DNA of 64,000 nt from a virus (IMGVR_UViG_3300024180_000005:1-64000), one strand, 5' to 3'. Shown: positions 1 through 9,933, counted from the stretch's first letter. The notes: a model not told the origin generated them from the letters alone. Made by a program: numbers and translations.

Positions 1-190
1 CTATATTTTTAAAATACTCTTTTCTTGCTTTTGATATTTTCTCAATTCTCTCTAAATAACCATCACTATTTTTCTGTTCTAATTGTGAGCAATTTCTACA
101 AATAACTGAATTTTTAATCGCTCTATTTAGATTTGATTTACTTTTATATGTTAGTTCTTTATTACATTTTGGACAATTTCTAATATACAT
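1..190 (-). CDS. Partial zinc-ribbon protein (CPKC...CRNC), probably the N-terminus of a homing endonuclease-like gene; runs off the window
   Basis: ATG at 190 reads MYIRNCPKCNKELTYKSKSNLNRAIKNSVICRNCSQ... open to the window edge; TAATATATA box 4 nt upstream (195-203, minus strand). Confidence 0.6.
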   Translation of the reverse strand, partial: MYIRNCPKCNKELTYKSKSNLNRAIKNSVICRNCSQLEQKNSDGYLERIEKISKARKEYFKNI

Positions 191-1113
191 TAAGTATATA
201 TTAAAAAGTCTTTTCTATATTTAAGTAGCGCAATATCTTTTTGTTTACACTCCAATTCCGTGTCAAATTCAAGACCATATGTTTGAATTTCTTCATAAAT
301 GTAATCTGCATGTGCCGTATTTTTACCTGATGTATCTTCTAATGTTTTTGGTGAACTCATATGAGTCATAGGTTTTACATCACCCCATGTTGAACAAGCT
401 AATTTTAAAGCCTCTTCTTGTGAAATATCCTTAGGTCCATAATTGTGATGATGAAAATCGTGAGTTATTGGTATTCCAATTTCTTTATGTATCAAATCAT
501 ATAACATTTTTGTAGAATATTGATTTGGACCATCATCATTTTCCACAACTAATCTCTTTCTACAAGATTCACTTAAATTATAGAATTGTTTGCAAAATCT
601 TTCTGCGGCCTCTTCTCTAGTTGGTTTTGTTGTATTTACGTGTATATTTATAGGATAATAATGTGTTTGATCCAGACCCATTAAATCCATTATTTGTGCA
701 TGTTTATCTAATTCATCAATTGCATTTTCAACAACAACTGGATTTTCACTAGCAGGTATACAAAAATGTGTAGGATGAAATGATAATCTCATATCAACAC
801 TTTTGGCATAATCACCAATCTCTTTTAATTTTTTTGAAATCAAATCAAACTTTGGTAGATCCTCTAATTTATAGAAGCCAATACAGGGAAGTATATCACT
901 AGACATTCGATATACGAATATGTCATTTTCTTTATTCCATTTTATTATCTTAAACATATCATCTATATTTAAGAGAGCCAACTCGGTAACATATTGAAGA
1001 CCTTTACTCTCAAAAGTTTTTTTGATCATTCCTCTATTTACGGTAATGAAATCTTTCTTTTTCTTACCGTCATTTATCGAGATGTTTATACAACAATATC
1101 CTACTCTATTCAT
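190..1113 (-). CDS. uvsE: UV DNA damage endonuclease UvsE
   Basis: GYCCIN, YRMSS, RLSFHP, INIHV, RLVVENDD, HDFHHH, HADY, ECKQKD motifs of the UvsE/UVDE family. Confidence 0.92.
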   Translation of the reverse strand: MNRVGYCCINISINDGKKKKDFITVNRGMIKKTFESKGLQYVTELALLNIDDMFKIIKWNKENDIFVYRMSSDILPCIGFYKLEDLPKFDLISKKLKEIGDYAKSVDMRLSFHPTHFCIPASENPVVVENAIDELDKHAQIMDLMGLDQTHYYPINIHVNTTKPTREEAAERFCKQFYNLSESCRKRLVVENDDGPNQYSTKMLYDLIHKEIGIPITHDFHHHNYGPKDISQEEALKLACSTWGDVKPMTHMSSPKTLEDTSGKNTAHADYIYEEIQTYGLEFDTELECKQKDIALLKYRKDFLIYT

Positions 1114-1137
1114 TTTTTTAAATTATTTTTTAAATTA

Positions 1138-1413
1138 TTATTTATACACAAATATGTTTATTGGAGCGTCTTTAATAAAGAAATGTTTATTCTTCTCAAA
1201 CAACCTAAAATACTTTCTAGATTCTAATAATATAGTCAATCTATAAGCAGCGTCGTTCGCTTCTTCCTCGGTCATATCGTACGCCATAGCAGGACCTACC
1301 AAATCACTATAGTGTTTGGCACCAACTTCTTTACAAAGAACGCCAATAAATTGTTCGTTGCTTATATTAGTTATGAATTCTGATCCAGAGTTTGTTTTGA
1401 TAGTCCTGCTCAT
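1138..1413 (-). CDS. Hypothetical protein (start likely ATG 1413)
   Basis: ORF; TATATTTG promoter box at 1425-1432 lies inside the longer ORF call. Confidence 0.6.
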   Translation of the reverse strand: MSRTIKTNSGSEFITNISNEQFIGVLCKEVGAKHYSDLVGPAMAYDMTEEEANDAAYRLTILLESRKYFRLFEKNKHFFIKDAPINIFVYK

Positions 1414-1438
1414 ATCTTTTTTTACAAATATACTACTT

Positions 1439-1885
1439 TTATTCAAATTTCGGAAACAACTTTAGGAAGTTCTTGTATCTGTTTTTGTGTTTCTTAGAAG
1501 GAACTCTTATTTTTCCCGAATGAGAACCACTTGAACCCCAGTTTATCGTATTAGTTACCGGATTTTGATTGTCTTTTCTTTCCGGTTTTGGCATAGAATC
1601 ATTTTTTCGATAATAACTTCTTCTATATGTAGAAGTCCAGACATTCATTATTTCATCATCATTTAAACCTTTTGAATAATAATATTCAAATACTTCTTTT
1701 CTTTCTTCATGTTCTTTAGACTTCGGATTGACTCCTAAGAATGATTCAAGTTCAATCTTCTTATTCTTTAAAAGTATCTGAAGCTTTGCTTCTCTAAGCA
1801 CATCAATAGGAAGTTTACACTTTGGCCTAAACTGTAGTTTAGTCATAAGATATTTTATTCTTCTTTCTTTTTCTTTTACCTTCAT
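1439..1885 (-). CDS. Hypothetical basic protein (start likely ATG 1885)
   Basis: ORF; TATATTTG box at 1890-1897 just upstream; carries LREAKLQILL motif. Confidence 0.6.
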   Translation of the reverse strand: MKVKEKERRIKYLMTKLQFRPKCKLPIDVLREAKLQILLKNKKIELESFLGVNPKSKEHEERKEVFEYYYSKGLNDDEIMNVWTSTYRRSYYRKNDSMPKPERKDNQNPVTNTINWGSSGSHSGKIRVPSKKHKNRYKNFLKLFPKFE

Positions 1886-1929
1886 TTTACAAATATACGA
1901 TTTTTTATATATAAATAAAAACAAAAATT

Positions 1930-2163
1930 ATGGAAGATAGATTTAAAGTAAATAAAAGAAAGGAAAAACTGATGTATTTAGCAGGCTTTTTATTTTCAGG
2001 TATTATAAACATCATATTTTGGTTCTCATTCCCAAGTATTTTAAGTGAATCACTACCCGAAGATTTACCATTTATATATTTAGGTGGATTTGCGGCAGTA
2101 GGAAGCTTTATTGCACTTATAATACATTATATTATGTATTCAAATATAACTAAAGATAAGTAA
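1930..2163 (+). CDS. Small two-TM membrane protein
   Basis: Two hydrophobic stretches; TATAAATA at 1909-1916. Confidence 0.65.
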   Translation: MEDRFKVNKRKEKLMYLAGFLFSGIINIIFWFSFPSILSESLPEDLPFIYLGGFAAVGSFIALIIHYIMYSNITKDK

Positions 2164-2181
2164 TTTTGTATTTTAAAATTT

Positions 2182-2190
2182 TAATATATA
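2182..2190 (+). promoter_or_regulatory. Putative late promoter box TAATATATA, 4 nt before ATG
   Basis: Recurrent motif with fixed spacing; resembles T4 late promoter TATAAATA. Confidence 0.7.
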
Positions 2191-2194
2191 ATAT

Positions 2195-2746
2195 ATGAAG
2201 ATTAGAAAATTTATAGAGTTCATAACAGAAGAATTGAATGATACTCCAGAGTCTTATATAGAGACTGCATTAAAGCAACTACAAAATAAGATAGGAAAGA
2301 TGTTTGAGGATCAAATAGAAATGGAAGATGAAAGAGAGGGTAATATTTCCATAGAAGATGCGAAGTCAAATTCAAAAGGTAAAAAAATTAGTTTTAAGGA
2401 TTTAGGAGTTCAATTGGAAAGTTCTGAGATATCTAAATATTCAAAATTATATGACTCACTTACTATAAAATTTAGTGATAGTAATTCAACATATAACATG
2501 TTACTTTTAATAGATTTAAAAGATGCGATGCCAAAGGATCCAGATAAAGATTTCTCATATAAAGATATCGAATCTTGTTTCATTAAGTTTAAAAAGTATG
2601 ATTTACAAACATTTGAGGTTATAGGGCAAATGACAAAGAATGTTAAGATTAAAGATATCGATGAAGAATTTTTAGTGGATCTTAAAATTGAACTTGATGA
2701 AGATTTTAGTGATGATGATGAAAAACTTGAAATAGAGACTGAATAA
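2195..2746 (+). CDS. Acidic hypothetical protein with CTS-like N-terminus (MKIRKFIEFITEE)
   Basis: ORF, late box, downstream terminator. Confidence 0.75.
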   Translation: MKIRKFIEFITEELNDTPESYIETALKQLQNKIGKMFEDQIEMEDEREGNISIEDAKSNSKGKKISFKDLGVQLESSEISKYSKLYDSLTIKFSDSNSTYNMLLLIDLKDAMPKDPDKDFSYKDIESCFIKFKKYDLQTFEVIGQMTKNVKIKDIDEEFLVDLKIELDEDFSDDDEKLEIETE

Positions 2747-2772
2747 AAACGACATAATTGTCGTTTTTTTTT
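2745..2772. terminator. Intrinsic terminator
   Basis: AAAAACGACA-taat-TGTCGTTTTT plus T-run. Confidence 0.75.
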
Positions 2773-2805
2773 GTTAGGAAACTAAATATTAATAATAAAT
2801 AGTAT

Positions 2806-3312
2806 ATGAGTGTAAATATAGTAACAAATTTTCAAATAATAAATAAAATAAAAAAATCTAGATATTTTAGAACTAATCTAGGTTTAGTAGCAACTGTTGA
2901 TAAAAATGGTTCTAGAAAGTATAATGATAAAGATTCTTTCTCAATGTTCTATAACTCACTTTATAACACTATAATATATGCACAGGGTAATATAGGTAAT
3001 ATAAAATTCTATACCGACCATTTCATACGTGATGAAGTTATGGCAGTTTATTTTGGAGATAACTTTGAAGAGTTTATATTCGATTGGGATGAAACTATTT
3101 TCAAAGAAAAAGGTATGGATTTTTATCTCGGACATATATTAAAAGAGGTTGAAACTAAATATGAGGAAAAATTATTAAAGGATGATTTAAAGAAAATTGA
3201 AGAAAAACCATTAGGTAATCCTGATTTAATATCACAGAACCCTGGTTCTGTATCATATGCTGACATACAGGCATATTTAGAAAAGAAAAGAAAAGAGAGG
3301 TATTCAGGTTAA
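2806..3312 (+). CDS. Hypothetical protein
   Basis: 168-aa ORF; TAATAAATA 4 nt upstream (2793-2801). Confidence 0.75.
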   Translation: MSVNIVTNFQIINKIKKSRYFRTNLGLVATVDKNGSRKYNDKDSFSMFYNSLYNTIIYAQGNIGNIKFYTDHFIRDEVMAVYFGDNFEEFIFDWDETIFKEKGMDFYLGHILKEVETKYEEKLLKDDLKKIEEKPLGNPDLISQNPGSVSYADIQAYLEKKRKERYSG

Positions 3313-3551
3313 TTATAGAGTATAGATGCTAAATATAAATAAACTAAGTATTTATCTTCTTTATCTAAATCATCAAAATCGTAACTAAGTTCTATATCCT
3401 CATCTTCTTGAAAGATATTTAGATATATCTTATTATCTTCCTTTACATACTCTATAGAATTAAATGTTGCTATACCAAGATCTAAGTCGATTATTAACTC
3501 AGTCAATCCAATACCCATTATACGGATCATCTTAGTAACCTTTCTTTTCAT
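3309..3551 (-). CDS. Hypothetical protein
   Basis: ORF; TAATATATA 4 nt upstream on minus strand (3556-3564). Confidence 0.7.
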   Translation of the reverse strand: MKRKVTKMIRIMGIGLTELIIDLDLGIATFNSIEYVKEDNKIYLNIFQEDEDIELSYDFDDLDKEDKYLVYLYLASILYN

Positions 3552-3643
3552 TATTTATATATTAAATAAAAGTAGATTTTTTTTTAGGAAGTGTCTTTTT
3601 GAATTGGTTTTTTAATATATACTAAAAAATAAATATTTTATTT

Positions 3644-4945
3644 ATGAATATACTTAAGTATGGTGATTATATCACAGAAAAGATGGCATACTCAATGATT
3701 TTAGAATCTAAGGTTGTACTTTCACAAAAGTTTATAAATCTTCTTACTAGAATGAAGAGTAATAATAAAATTGCCGCATCGATTTTAAGTTTTCAATCTA
3801 AGGATGTTGATGGTATTGCACAAAATTATATAGATTCAACAGATTCTAAAGAAGAATTATCTTTTACTCCGGATAGAAGAGTTCAACAGATGATAGAAGG
3901 TAAACCAGAATATTATAAAGTTACTAATTCAGGAAGATATCTTACACATAGTGATAGAAATAATAAAATATTCGAAAGACTTGGATATGATAAAGAAGGG
4001 AGATCCAATTGGGCACCAGATATGGGAACAATAGTAGAAATATTATCAGAAACACAAAGTAATGCTAGTAATAATACATATTGCATGGTTAAAGAAATAA
4101 ACCACACCGGTACTGAACCAAGAATTGGTGTAATAAACAAGGTAGCTATGCAAATTGATAGTGATGAATTCTTGGAAATATGGAAAACTGCTAGAAATCC
4201 TGTTAAAGTTGGTAGATTCGCTAGAGCATTTTTAACTAAGGCGAAAGTATCATTTACTGATCAAGATATTGAAGAGTTTGTAAATCAATACAAAGCAACT
4301 TATGACTTTGCCGCAGATATATTAAAACAATTTGATATTGTTCAAGGTTCTAAGATCACACACTGGTATTGGCATGAGAACTACCAAAATGGTGGTGGTA
4401 CTTTAAATAATTCTTGTATGTCCGAAGTAGATGAAGAGTGGCTTGATATTTATTCTCAAAATAATAATGTAAGTCTTGTTATTTTATATAATGATAATGG
4501 TGAGGTTAAGGATGGTAAATATGTTTCAAATTTAATAAAAGGTAGAGCCATTCTATGGGATTGTAAAATAGATGGGCAAAGTGCACAATTTATGGATAGA
4601 ATATACACAACACAAGATTCAGATGTAGTTCTTTTCAAACAATTTGCAGAGAAAAATGGTTGGTGGTATAAAACTGATCAATCTATGTCTCCTGAAGAGG
4701 ATATAACAAATGGTAGTTCTGTTAAAAGTGCAAAAATAGTAAGTGAATTGGGAAATTCTGACCTTCCTTATTTACCGTATATGGATACAATGTGTTTCAT
4801 AAATACAAGTAATGGAATAGTTGGTAACTCATTGAAAGTGGTAGATCCGGACAGAGAATTTGTAGATGATTATGAAGATTATGATGGTGCAATTAGAGTT
4901 GCCCGATCAACAGATGGTGAATGGTATACAGCTGACAACTACTAA
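3644..4945 (+). CDS. Uncharacterised phage protein (SCM / GRAxxW / FMDRIY / PYMDT motifs), paralog of 55620-57380, CTS-like N-terminus
   Basis: Colinear motifs shared with 55620-57380; starts MNILKYGDYITE. Confidence 0.8.
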   Translation: MNILKYGDYITEKMAYSMILESKVVLSQKFINLLTRMKSNNKIAASILSFQSKDVDGIAQNYIDSTDSKEELSFTPDRRVQQMIEGKPEYYKVTNSGRYLTHSDRNNKIFERLGYDKEGRSNWAPDMGTIVEILSETQSNASNNTYCMVKEINHTGTEPRIGVINKVAMQIDSDEFLEIWKTARNPVKVGRFARAFLTKAKVSFTDQDIEEFVNQYKATYDFAADILKQFDIVQGSKITHWYWHENYQNGGGTLNNSCMSEVDEEWLDIYSQNNNVSLVILYNDNGEVKDGKYVSNLIKGRAILWDCKIDGQSAQFMDRIYTTQDSDVVLFKQFAEKNGWWYKTDQSMSPEEDITNGSSVKSAKIVSELGNSDLPYLPYMDTMCFINTSNGIVGNSLKVVDPDREFVDDYEDYDGAIRVARSTDGEWYTADNY

Positions 4946-4963
4946 AAAATAATAATAAAAAAT

Positions 4964-5212
4964 ATGAAACATATTAAAAAGTTCAATGAAATAAATGAAA
5001 GTACTGACTTTAAAGGAAATGATTTATTACGTTCTAAATTAGATGAGATTTACGAACTTCTTAAAGAAGAAATAAAATCATCTGAAATTGAAGACTTTTA
5101 TGATGCAGAAGAAATGATTAACAAATATGTCTCAAATCATCTAAGTGAAAAACTTTGGAGTGATAAAGATCTAGAGGATTGGATGAAGAAAAGAGAATTT
5201 GGTGAAGAGTAA
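4964..5212 (+). CDS. Small acidic protein with CTS-like N-terminus (MKHIKKFNEINE)
   Basis: ORF followed by terminator. Confidence 0.75.
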   Translation: MKHIKKFNEINESTDFKGNDLLRSKLDEIYELLKEEIKSSEIEDFYDAEEMINKYVSNHLSEKLWSDKDLEDWMKKREFGEE

Positions 5213-5233
5213 AAAATTTACCAACACCTTAAT

Positions 5234-5267
5234 AAAAAAAAAGAGACTCATTTGAGTCTCTTTTTTT
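5234..5267. terminator. Bidirectional intrinsic terminator
   Basis: A-run GAGACTCA-tt-TGAGTCTC T-run between convergent genes. Confidence 0.8.
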
Positions 5268-5703
5268 ATTTCATTAGATAATTTACAACATTTACCCAAT
5301 TTTCAAATGGTTTTTCTCCAAAATGTATCCATTCACCTTCAAACTCTTCTTGTCCGTATCCTCCCTGGTCGTCTATAAGATAATCTCCTTTAACCAAAGA
5401 TTTGTTTGGTATCAATATAGTCTTCTTAACTACATCTGGTCCCAAATGATCTAAAACCCATTGAACCTTTTCTGTATAGCAGTTCACGTTCTGAAAAGAA
5501 GGACGTGTTAAGATCCATACGTCATACTTAGTTTCAAGCAATCTATATGATTCGACTGCATCTTTTATTTCGTCTAATTTAAGGAAGAATCCCCATTGCG
5601 ATTGTGGATAAGGCTGAAGAGGGTTAAGCTATTTTGCTTTCTTTGATGCACCATAGAAGTCGCACATAACACCATCCATATCCACATATATAGTCTTTTT
5701 CAT
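5266..5703 (-). pseudogene. 5'(3')-deoxyribonucleotidase (NT5C, HAD family) interrupted by one in-frame TAG at 5629-5631
   Basis: From ATG 5703: MKKTIYVDMDGVMCDF...KAK*LNPLQPYPQSQWGFF..., same frame as the 5266-5541 ORF with ILT and GDYLIDD motifs. Confidence 0.8.
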
Positions 5704-5715
5704 AATACAAAGATA

Positions 5716-6381
5716 CTAAAAATTTGGTTTGTTCTCTTCTAATTTTGATAAAATATATTCCATTGCTTCTTCTGCAGTATCTACAATCTTGAATAGATTT
5801 AAATCTTCTTTAGATATCATACCATCTTCTAACATAGTTTTTTTTATCCATTTAATCATTCCTTTCCAATATTCTTTCCCAACTAAAACAATGGGAAGAA
5901 TTCTTAGATGTCCTGTCTGCATAAGAGTCAGTGTCTCAAATAATTCGTCAAGAGTTCCAAATCCACCTGGAAAACCAACAAACGCTTGTGAATATTTCAA
6001 AAAGAAAACTTTCCTAGTAAAGAAATACCTACATGTAACTAATTTATCAATAAAACTATTAGCACTTGCTTCAAATGGTAGTTCTATTTGTAATCCTACT
6101 GATTTACCGTCATTACCATATGCACCACTATTGGCGGCCTCCATTATACCTGGTCCACCACCTGTTATTACACCATATCCATTTTTAGCTATCAATTCAG
6201 AAAGCTTAACCGCCTCTTTGTAATATTTATCATCTTTATTAGTCCTAGCAGATCCAAATACTGATATACAAGGTGATAACTCAGACAACTCATCAAACCC
6301 TTTTATAAACTCACTTTGTATTCTCAAAACCTGCCAGGCATCTTCGGCCTTCTGGTTATATTTCCATTTTTGGTCTTTCAT
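5716..6381 (-). CDS. LOG-family (TIGR00730-like) nucleotide phosphoribohydrolase
   Basis: VFGSAR, ITGGGPGIMEAAN, RK, FPGGFGTLDELFE motifs. Confidence 0.92.
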   Translation of the reverse strand: MKDQKWKYNQKAEDAWQVLRIQSEFIKGFDELSELSPCISVFGSARTNKDDKYYKEAVKLSELIAKNGYGVITGGGPGIMEAANSGAYGNDGKSVGLQIELPFEASANSFIDKLVTCRYFFTRKVFFLKYSQAFVGFPGGFGTLDELFETLTLMQTGHLRILPIVLVGKEYWKGMIKWIKKTMLEDGMISKEDLNLFKIVDTAEEAMEYILSKLEENKPNF

Positions 6382-6398
6382 TTATTTTTCATTTATTT

Positions 6399-6791
6399 TT
6401 ATAGTATATTTAAAAATTTCAAATGTTGTTCTAACTTAGTATTATATTCAGAAAATGCTCCTTTTTTCAAATCTTCAAATGTTATCCATTTTACAACACC
6501 AGTTTCTTTGGTTGATATTTCACCTTCATAATCAGTTACTAAATAAACTGCAGCTACAAATTCACCATCTTCTCTTAAAAAGATTGGTATTGTGTTTTTT
6601 ATATCTAGACCGGTTTCTTCTCTTACTTCTCTTATAACACCTTCTTTCATACTTTCACCTACATCTACTTTACCACCCGGAAGTCCAAATGATGTAGAAT
6701 TATCTTTTCGAGATACTCCCAAAAGTTCTGTCTTATCTTCATTAAAGATAAGTGCAACTGCTGCTAGTTTTGCTTGTTTCGTTTCTATCAT
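6399..6791 (-). CDS. Nudix hydrolase (start likely ATG 6791)
   Basis: Nudix box GGKVDVGESMKEGVIREVREETG; TATATTTG box at 6809-6816. Confidence 0.9.
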   Translation of the reverse strand: MIETKQAKLAAVALIFNEDKTELLGVSRKDNSTSFGLPGGKVDVGESMKEGVIREVREETGLDIKNTIPIFLREDGEFVAAVYLVTDYEGEISTKETGVVKWITFEDLKKGAFSEYNTKLEQHLKFLNIL

Positions 6792-6819
6792 AAAGTATAT
6801 ATTACATACAAATATAAAA

Positions 6820-6845
6820 AAAAATCCCACCAAAGTGGGATTTTT
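6820..6845. terminator. Terminator downstream of dnaK
   Basis: AAAATCCCAC-caaa-GTGGGATTTT. Confidence 0.75.
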
Positions 6846-6849
6846 AAAT

Positions 6850-8742
6850 TTATTTTACTTCTTCAAAGTCTGCATCTTCTACTTTATCATCACTGCTTGA
6901 TTCACTAGACTCATTAGTATTATTCTCGGTTGCACTTTCTTGATACAATCTAGTACTAATCTCATTCCAACTCTCATTTAACTTTTGAGATGCCTCATCA
7001 ACCTTAGTAACATCTTTCTCACCATATGCAACTTTTAGTGATTCTAAATCTGTTTTTAAAGTAGATTTGTCTTCTTCGGTCAGCTTTTCTTCAAATTCTT
7101 TCATCTGTTTCTCGGTTTGGAATATTTGACTATCTGCTTGGTTTAATTTCTCAACCTTTTCCTTTTCGAGTCTATCAGATTCCGCGTTTGCCTCAGCATC
7201 TGCTTTCATTTTTTCAATCTCTTCTTTTGTAAGCTGAGATCCGCCTTCGATTCTGATTTTGTTTTCTTTACCAGTTGCTTTATCCTGTGCAGAAACGGAC
7301 AAGATTCCATTTGCATCTATATCTAAAGTTACCTCAATCTGAGGAACTCCTCTAGGTGCAGACATAATACCATCAAGGTTAAACTTACCTAATGAACGAT
7401 TATCTTTTGCCATTGGTCTTTCTCCTTGTAGAACATGTAGCTCTACTGATGGTTGATTATCTGATGCAGTTGAAAAGGTTTCACTCTTTCTTGTTGGAAT
7501 TGTTGTGTTTGCCTCAATCAATTTTGTGAATACACCACCCATCGTTTCAATTCCTAATGATAAAGGAGTTACATCTAATAAAAGAACATCTGTAATTCCA
7601 CCATTTAATACCGCACCTTGAATAGCAGCACCTAAAGCAACAACTTCATCAGGATTTACTGATTTATTAGCTTTCTTACCAATGAACTTCTCGATACCTT
7701 CTTGTACTGCAGGAATTCTTGTAGTACCACCTACTAAAATTACTTCATCAATATCACTCACTTCCAGATCCGCATTTTTTAATGCACTCTTTGCACATGC
7801 AACTGCTCTATCAACCAAAGGTGTTATCATTTGCTCGAATTTGGCTCTTGTCAATTTTTTAACAAAGTGTAATGGTAATCCATCTTGTGCAGTAATATAC
7901 GGTAGGTTTATTTCAGATTCAGATGTTGATGATAATTCAATCTTAGCCTTCTCTGCAGCTTCTTTCAATCTTTGTAATGCCATTGGATCTTTTGCCAAGT
8001 CCATTGAATGTTCAGATTTAAACTCTTCTAACATCCAATTGATTATTTCATTATCAAAATCATCACCACCTAAGTGAGTATCACCGTCAGTAGATTTAAC
8101 TTCAAATACACCATCACCTATCTCCAATACAGAAACATCATGAGTTCCACCACCACAATCAAAAACTAGTATTTTAGAATCTGAGTTTTTCTTATCCAAA
8201 CCATATGCCAATGCTGCAGCAGTTGGTTCATTGATAATTCTTTCCACTTTTAAACCTGCAATCTCACCAGCTTCAATAGTTGCTGTTCTTTCCGCATCTC
8301 CGAAGTAAGCCGGAACTGTAATAACCGCTCTAGTAACTTCATGTCCTAAATAATCTTCGGCAGTTTTTTTCATTTTCTGTAAAATAATTGCAGAAAGTTC
8401 TTGAGGTGTATAATCACGACCATCAATGTTTACAACAGGTACATTTCCTTTTTTAGATTTCTTAACCTCATAAGGAACACGCTTTACTTCATCTGTACAA
8501 ACAGAATAATCCTTTCCAATAAACCTTTTAATAGAGTATATTGTATTTTTTGGATTTGTAACTGCTTGTCTTTTTGCAGGATCACCTATTTTTCTATCAG
8601 TTCCCGAAAATGAAACAATTGATGGTGTTGTTCTTCTCCCTTCAGAATTACTAATTACTACAGGTTCTCCGGCCTCAACAACTGCACAGGCCGAATTTGT
8701 TGTTCCGAGATCAATCCCGATAATTACATTACTTTTACTCAT
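6850..8742 (-). CDS. dnaK: Hsp70 chaperone DnaK
   Basis: [52 protein letters not shown]-terminal DADFEEVK. Confidence 0.98.
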   Translation of the reverse strand: MSKSNVIIGIDLGTTNSACAVVEAGEPVVISNSEGRRTTPSIVSFSGTDRKIGDPAKRQAVTNPKNTIYSIKRFIGKDYSVCTDEVKRVPYEVKKSKKGNVPVVNIDGRDYTPQELSAIILQKMKKTAEDYLGHEVTRAVITVPAYFGDAERTATIEAGEIAGLKVERIINEPTAAALAYGLDKKNSDSKILVFDCGGGTHDVSVLEIGDGVFEVKSTDGDTHLGGDDFDNEIINWMLEEFKSEHSMDLAKDPMALQRLKEAAEKAKIELSSTSESEINLPYITAQDGLPLHFVKKLTRAKFEQMITPLVDRAVACAKSALKNADLEVSDIDEVILVGGTTRIPAVQEGIEKFIGKKANKSVNPDEVVALGAAIQGAVLNGGITDVLLLDVTPLSLGIETMGGVFTKLIEANTTIPTRKSETFSTASDNQPSVELHVLQGERPMAKDNRSLGKFNLDGIMSAPRGVPQIEVTLDIDANGILSVSAQDKATGKENKIRIEGGSQLTKEEIEKMKADAEANAESDRLEKEKVEKLNQADSQIFQTEKQMKEFEEKLTEEDKSTLKTDLESLKVAYGEKDVTKVDEASQKLNESWNEISTRLYQESATENNTNESSESSSDDKVEDADFEEVK

Positions 8743-8772
8743 ATTTATTTATTTTTATTTTTAAAATTATAT

Positions 8773-8787
8773 TCAAATTATGTGCCA
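8773..8787 (-). promoter_or_regulatory. Sigma54-like -24/-12 promoter for dnaK (TGGCACATAATTTGA)
   Basis: Matches TGGCAC-N5-TTGC with one mismatch, 30 nt upstream of the dnaK ATG. Confidence 0.6.
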
Positions 8788-8869
8788 AAAAATATTTATG
8801 ACACCGAAATTTAATATATATATGAAAATATAATAGAAAGTTTATGATAGATTTCCTGTAAGGTTAGAT

Positions 8870-9198
8870 ATGTACTATGAAAATGATATCTACACTGCCA
8901 CAACCAAAAAAAATACTGACACGGAACCTGACACAGAACCTGACACAGAACCTGACACAGAAATATCTTTCATCTATTATGTAACTTAACAAATATTGCA
9001 GGTGGTAAGTCAAACAAAACAGAATATACATCAAGTAATAAAAAAACAACATTAGAATATGATAAAAATAAATACATATTATCTCTAATCTCTAAAGGTC
9101 TTAAAAATAAAGAAATTTCAGAATTGGTCGGTATATCCGAAAGAACTTTATATAGGATGAAATCAAATTTAAAAACAAAAAAAGTCTCAGAAATCTGA
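8870..9198 (+). pseudogene. Broken ORF ending in a helix-turn-helix (possible decayed endonuclease/HTH gene)
   Basis: MYYENDI...DTEPDTEP...FIYYVT*, then in another frame LCNLTNIAGG...SKGLKNKEISELVGISERTLYRMK*. Confidence 0.45.
8916..8963. repeat. 4 x 12-bp tandem repeat CTGACACAGAAC
   Basis: Units at 8916, 8928, 8940, 8952 (first and last with one mismatch). Confidence 0.95.
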
Positions 9199-9207
9199 GA
9201 CTTTTTT
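9178..9207. terminator. Intrinsic terminator
   Basis: AAAAAAGTCTCAG-aaat-CTGAGACTTTTTT. Confidence 0.75.
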
Positions 9208-9292
9208 AATATTTACTTGATATGTCATACTATTATTATTTATAATACGTTATATTGATTAAAAGTTGTTTTGAAATAGTAATATATACTAT

Positions 9293-9577
9293 ATGTTCGA
9301 ATTTATAACTAAGTCTATTACAACATTTATCAATAAATTGATGAAATCATTTGGTGTACATGATGATGGATTCAGTGCGAGGAAAATGACCGCATTTATT
9401 GTTGTTTTACTTATAGTATATACTCATTACAAATGGTTGAAATCTTGTTACAGTAATAATGACTTCGGTTTATTGCCACAAGTATTGATGATTGATTTTA
9501 CTGCATTACTAACCTTATTGGGTTTAACAACCTGGGAAAAGATTAAAACTATGCAAAGTGATAAAGATAAGAAATAA
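9293..9577 (+). CDS. Two-TM membrane protein (holin-like topology)
   Basis: Two hydrophobic helices, charged C-terminus, late box 9280-9288. Confidence 0.6.
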   Translation: MFEFITKSITTFINKLMKSFGVHDDGFSARKMTAFIVVLLIVYTHYKWLKSCYSNNDFGLLPQVLMIDFTALLTLLGLTTWEKIKTMQSDKDKK

Positions 9578-9721
9578 TTATTTTATAATTATTTCGGTTC
9601 CAATTCCTCGACCAGTTTTTTTATAAAAAGGAACCCATTTATATCCACCATTTTTCGAAAATCTTCTAATTTTAATCTTACCTCTTTTTCTTTTAAAATC
9701 ATTAAAATTTTTTAATTTCAT
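9578..9721 (-). CDS. Small basic protein (MKLKNFNDF...)
   Basis: Likely start ATG 9721 overlapping the end of the upstream gene. Confidence 0.45.
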   Translation of the reverse strand: MKLKNFNDFKRKRGKIKIRRFSKNGGYKWVPFYKKTGRGIGTEIIIK

Positions 9722-9923
9722 CTTCCCATTCTTTTTTTGATATAGACATAGTTGATTTATTAAAGTGTTTATGTGCATCATTTTGCTCTTTTGTTCCTCG
9801 ATTGAAGTTCCAAAACTTTGCAACTTCAGAAGAACATTGTAGTATGACAATTAGTCCACCACCATCTGTTCTGTAAAGGTACTCTCCACAGAGAGAGCAC
9901 CTGTACTTTTCAATCTTAGTCAT
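9702..9923 (-). CDS. Small Cys-containing hypothetical protein
   Basis: RCSLCG; packed downstream of the RNA ligase. Confidence 0.6.
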   Translation of the reverse strand: MTKIEKYRCSLCGEYLYRTDGGGLIVILQCSSEVAKFWNFNRGTKEQNDAHKHFNKSTMSISKKEWEDEIKKF

Positions 9924-9933
9924 AAACTATATA

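Noticed and set aside
5729-6223. Long antisense ORFs in the track (also 7682-8077, 28737-29000, 36776-37123, 47540-47743, 50752-51153)
   Set aside because: Shadows of well-supported genes on the opposite strand, with Ser/Phe/Ile-rich composition and no promoter boxes.
8916-8963. CRISPR array
   Set aside because: Contiguous 12-bp tandem units with no spacers and no cas genes in the window.
8864-9052. 62-aa minus-strand ORF with RFCV repeats
   Set aside because: Product of the 12-bp repeat read antisense; the plus strand has the more protein-like (HTH) remnant.
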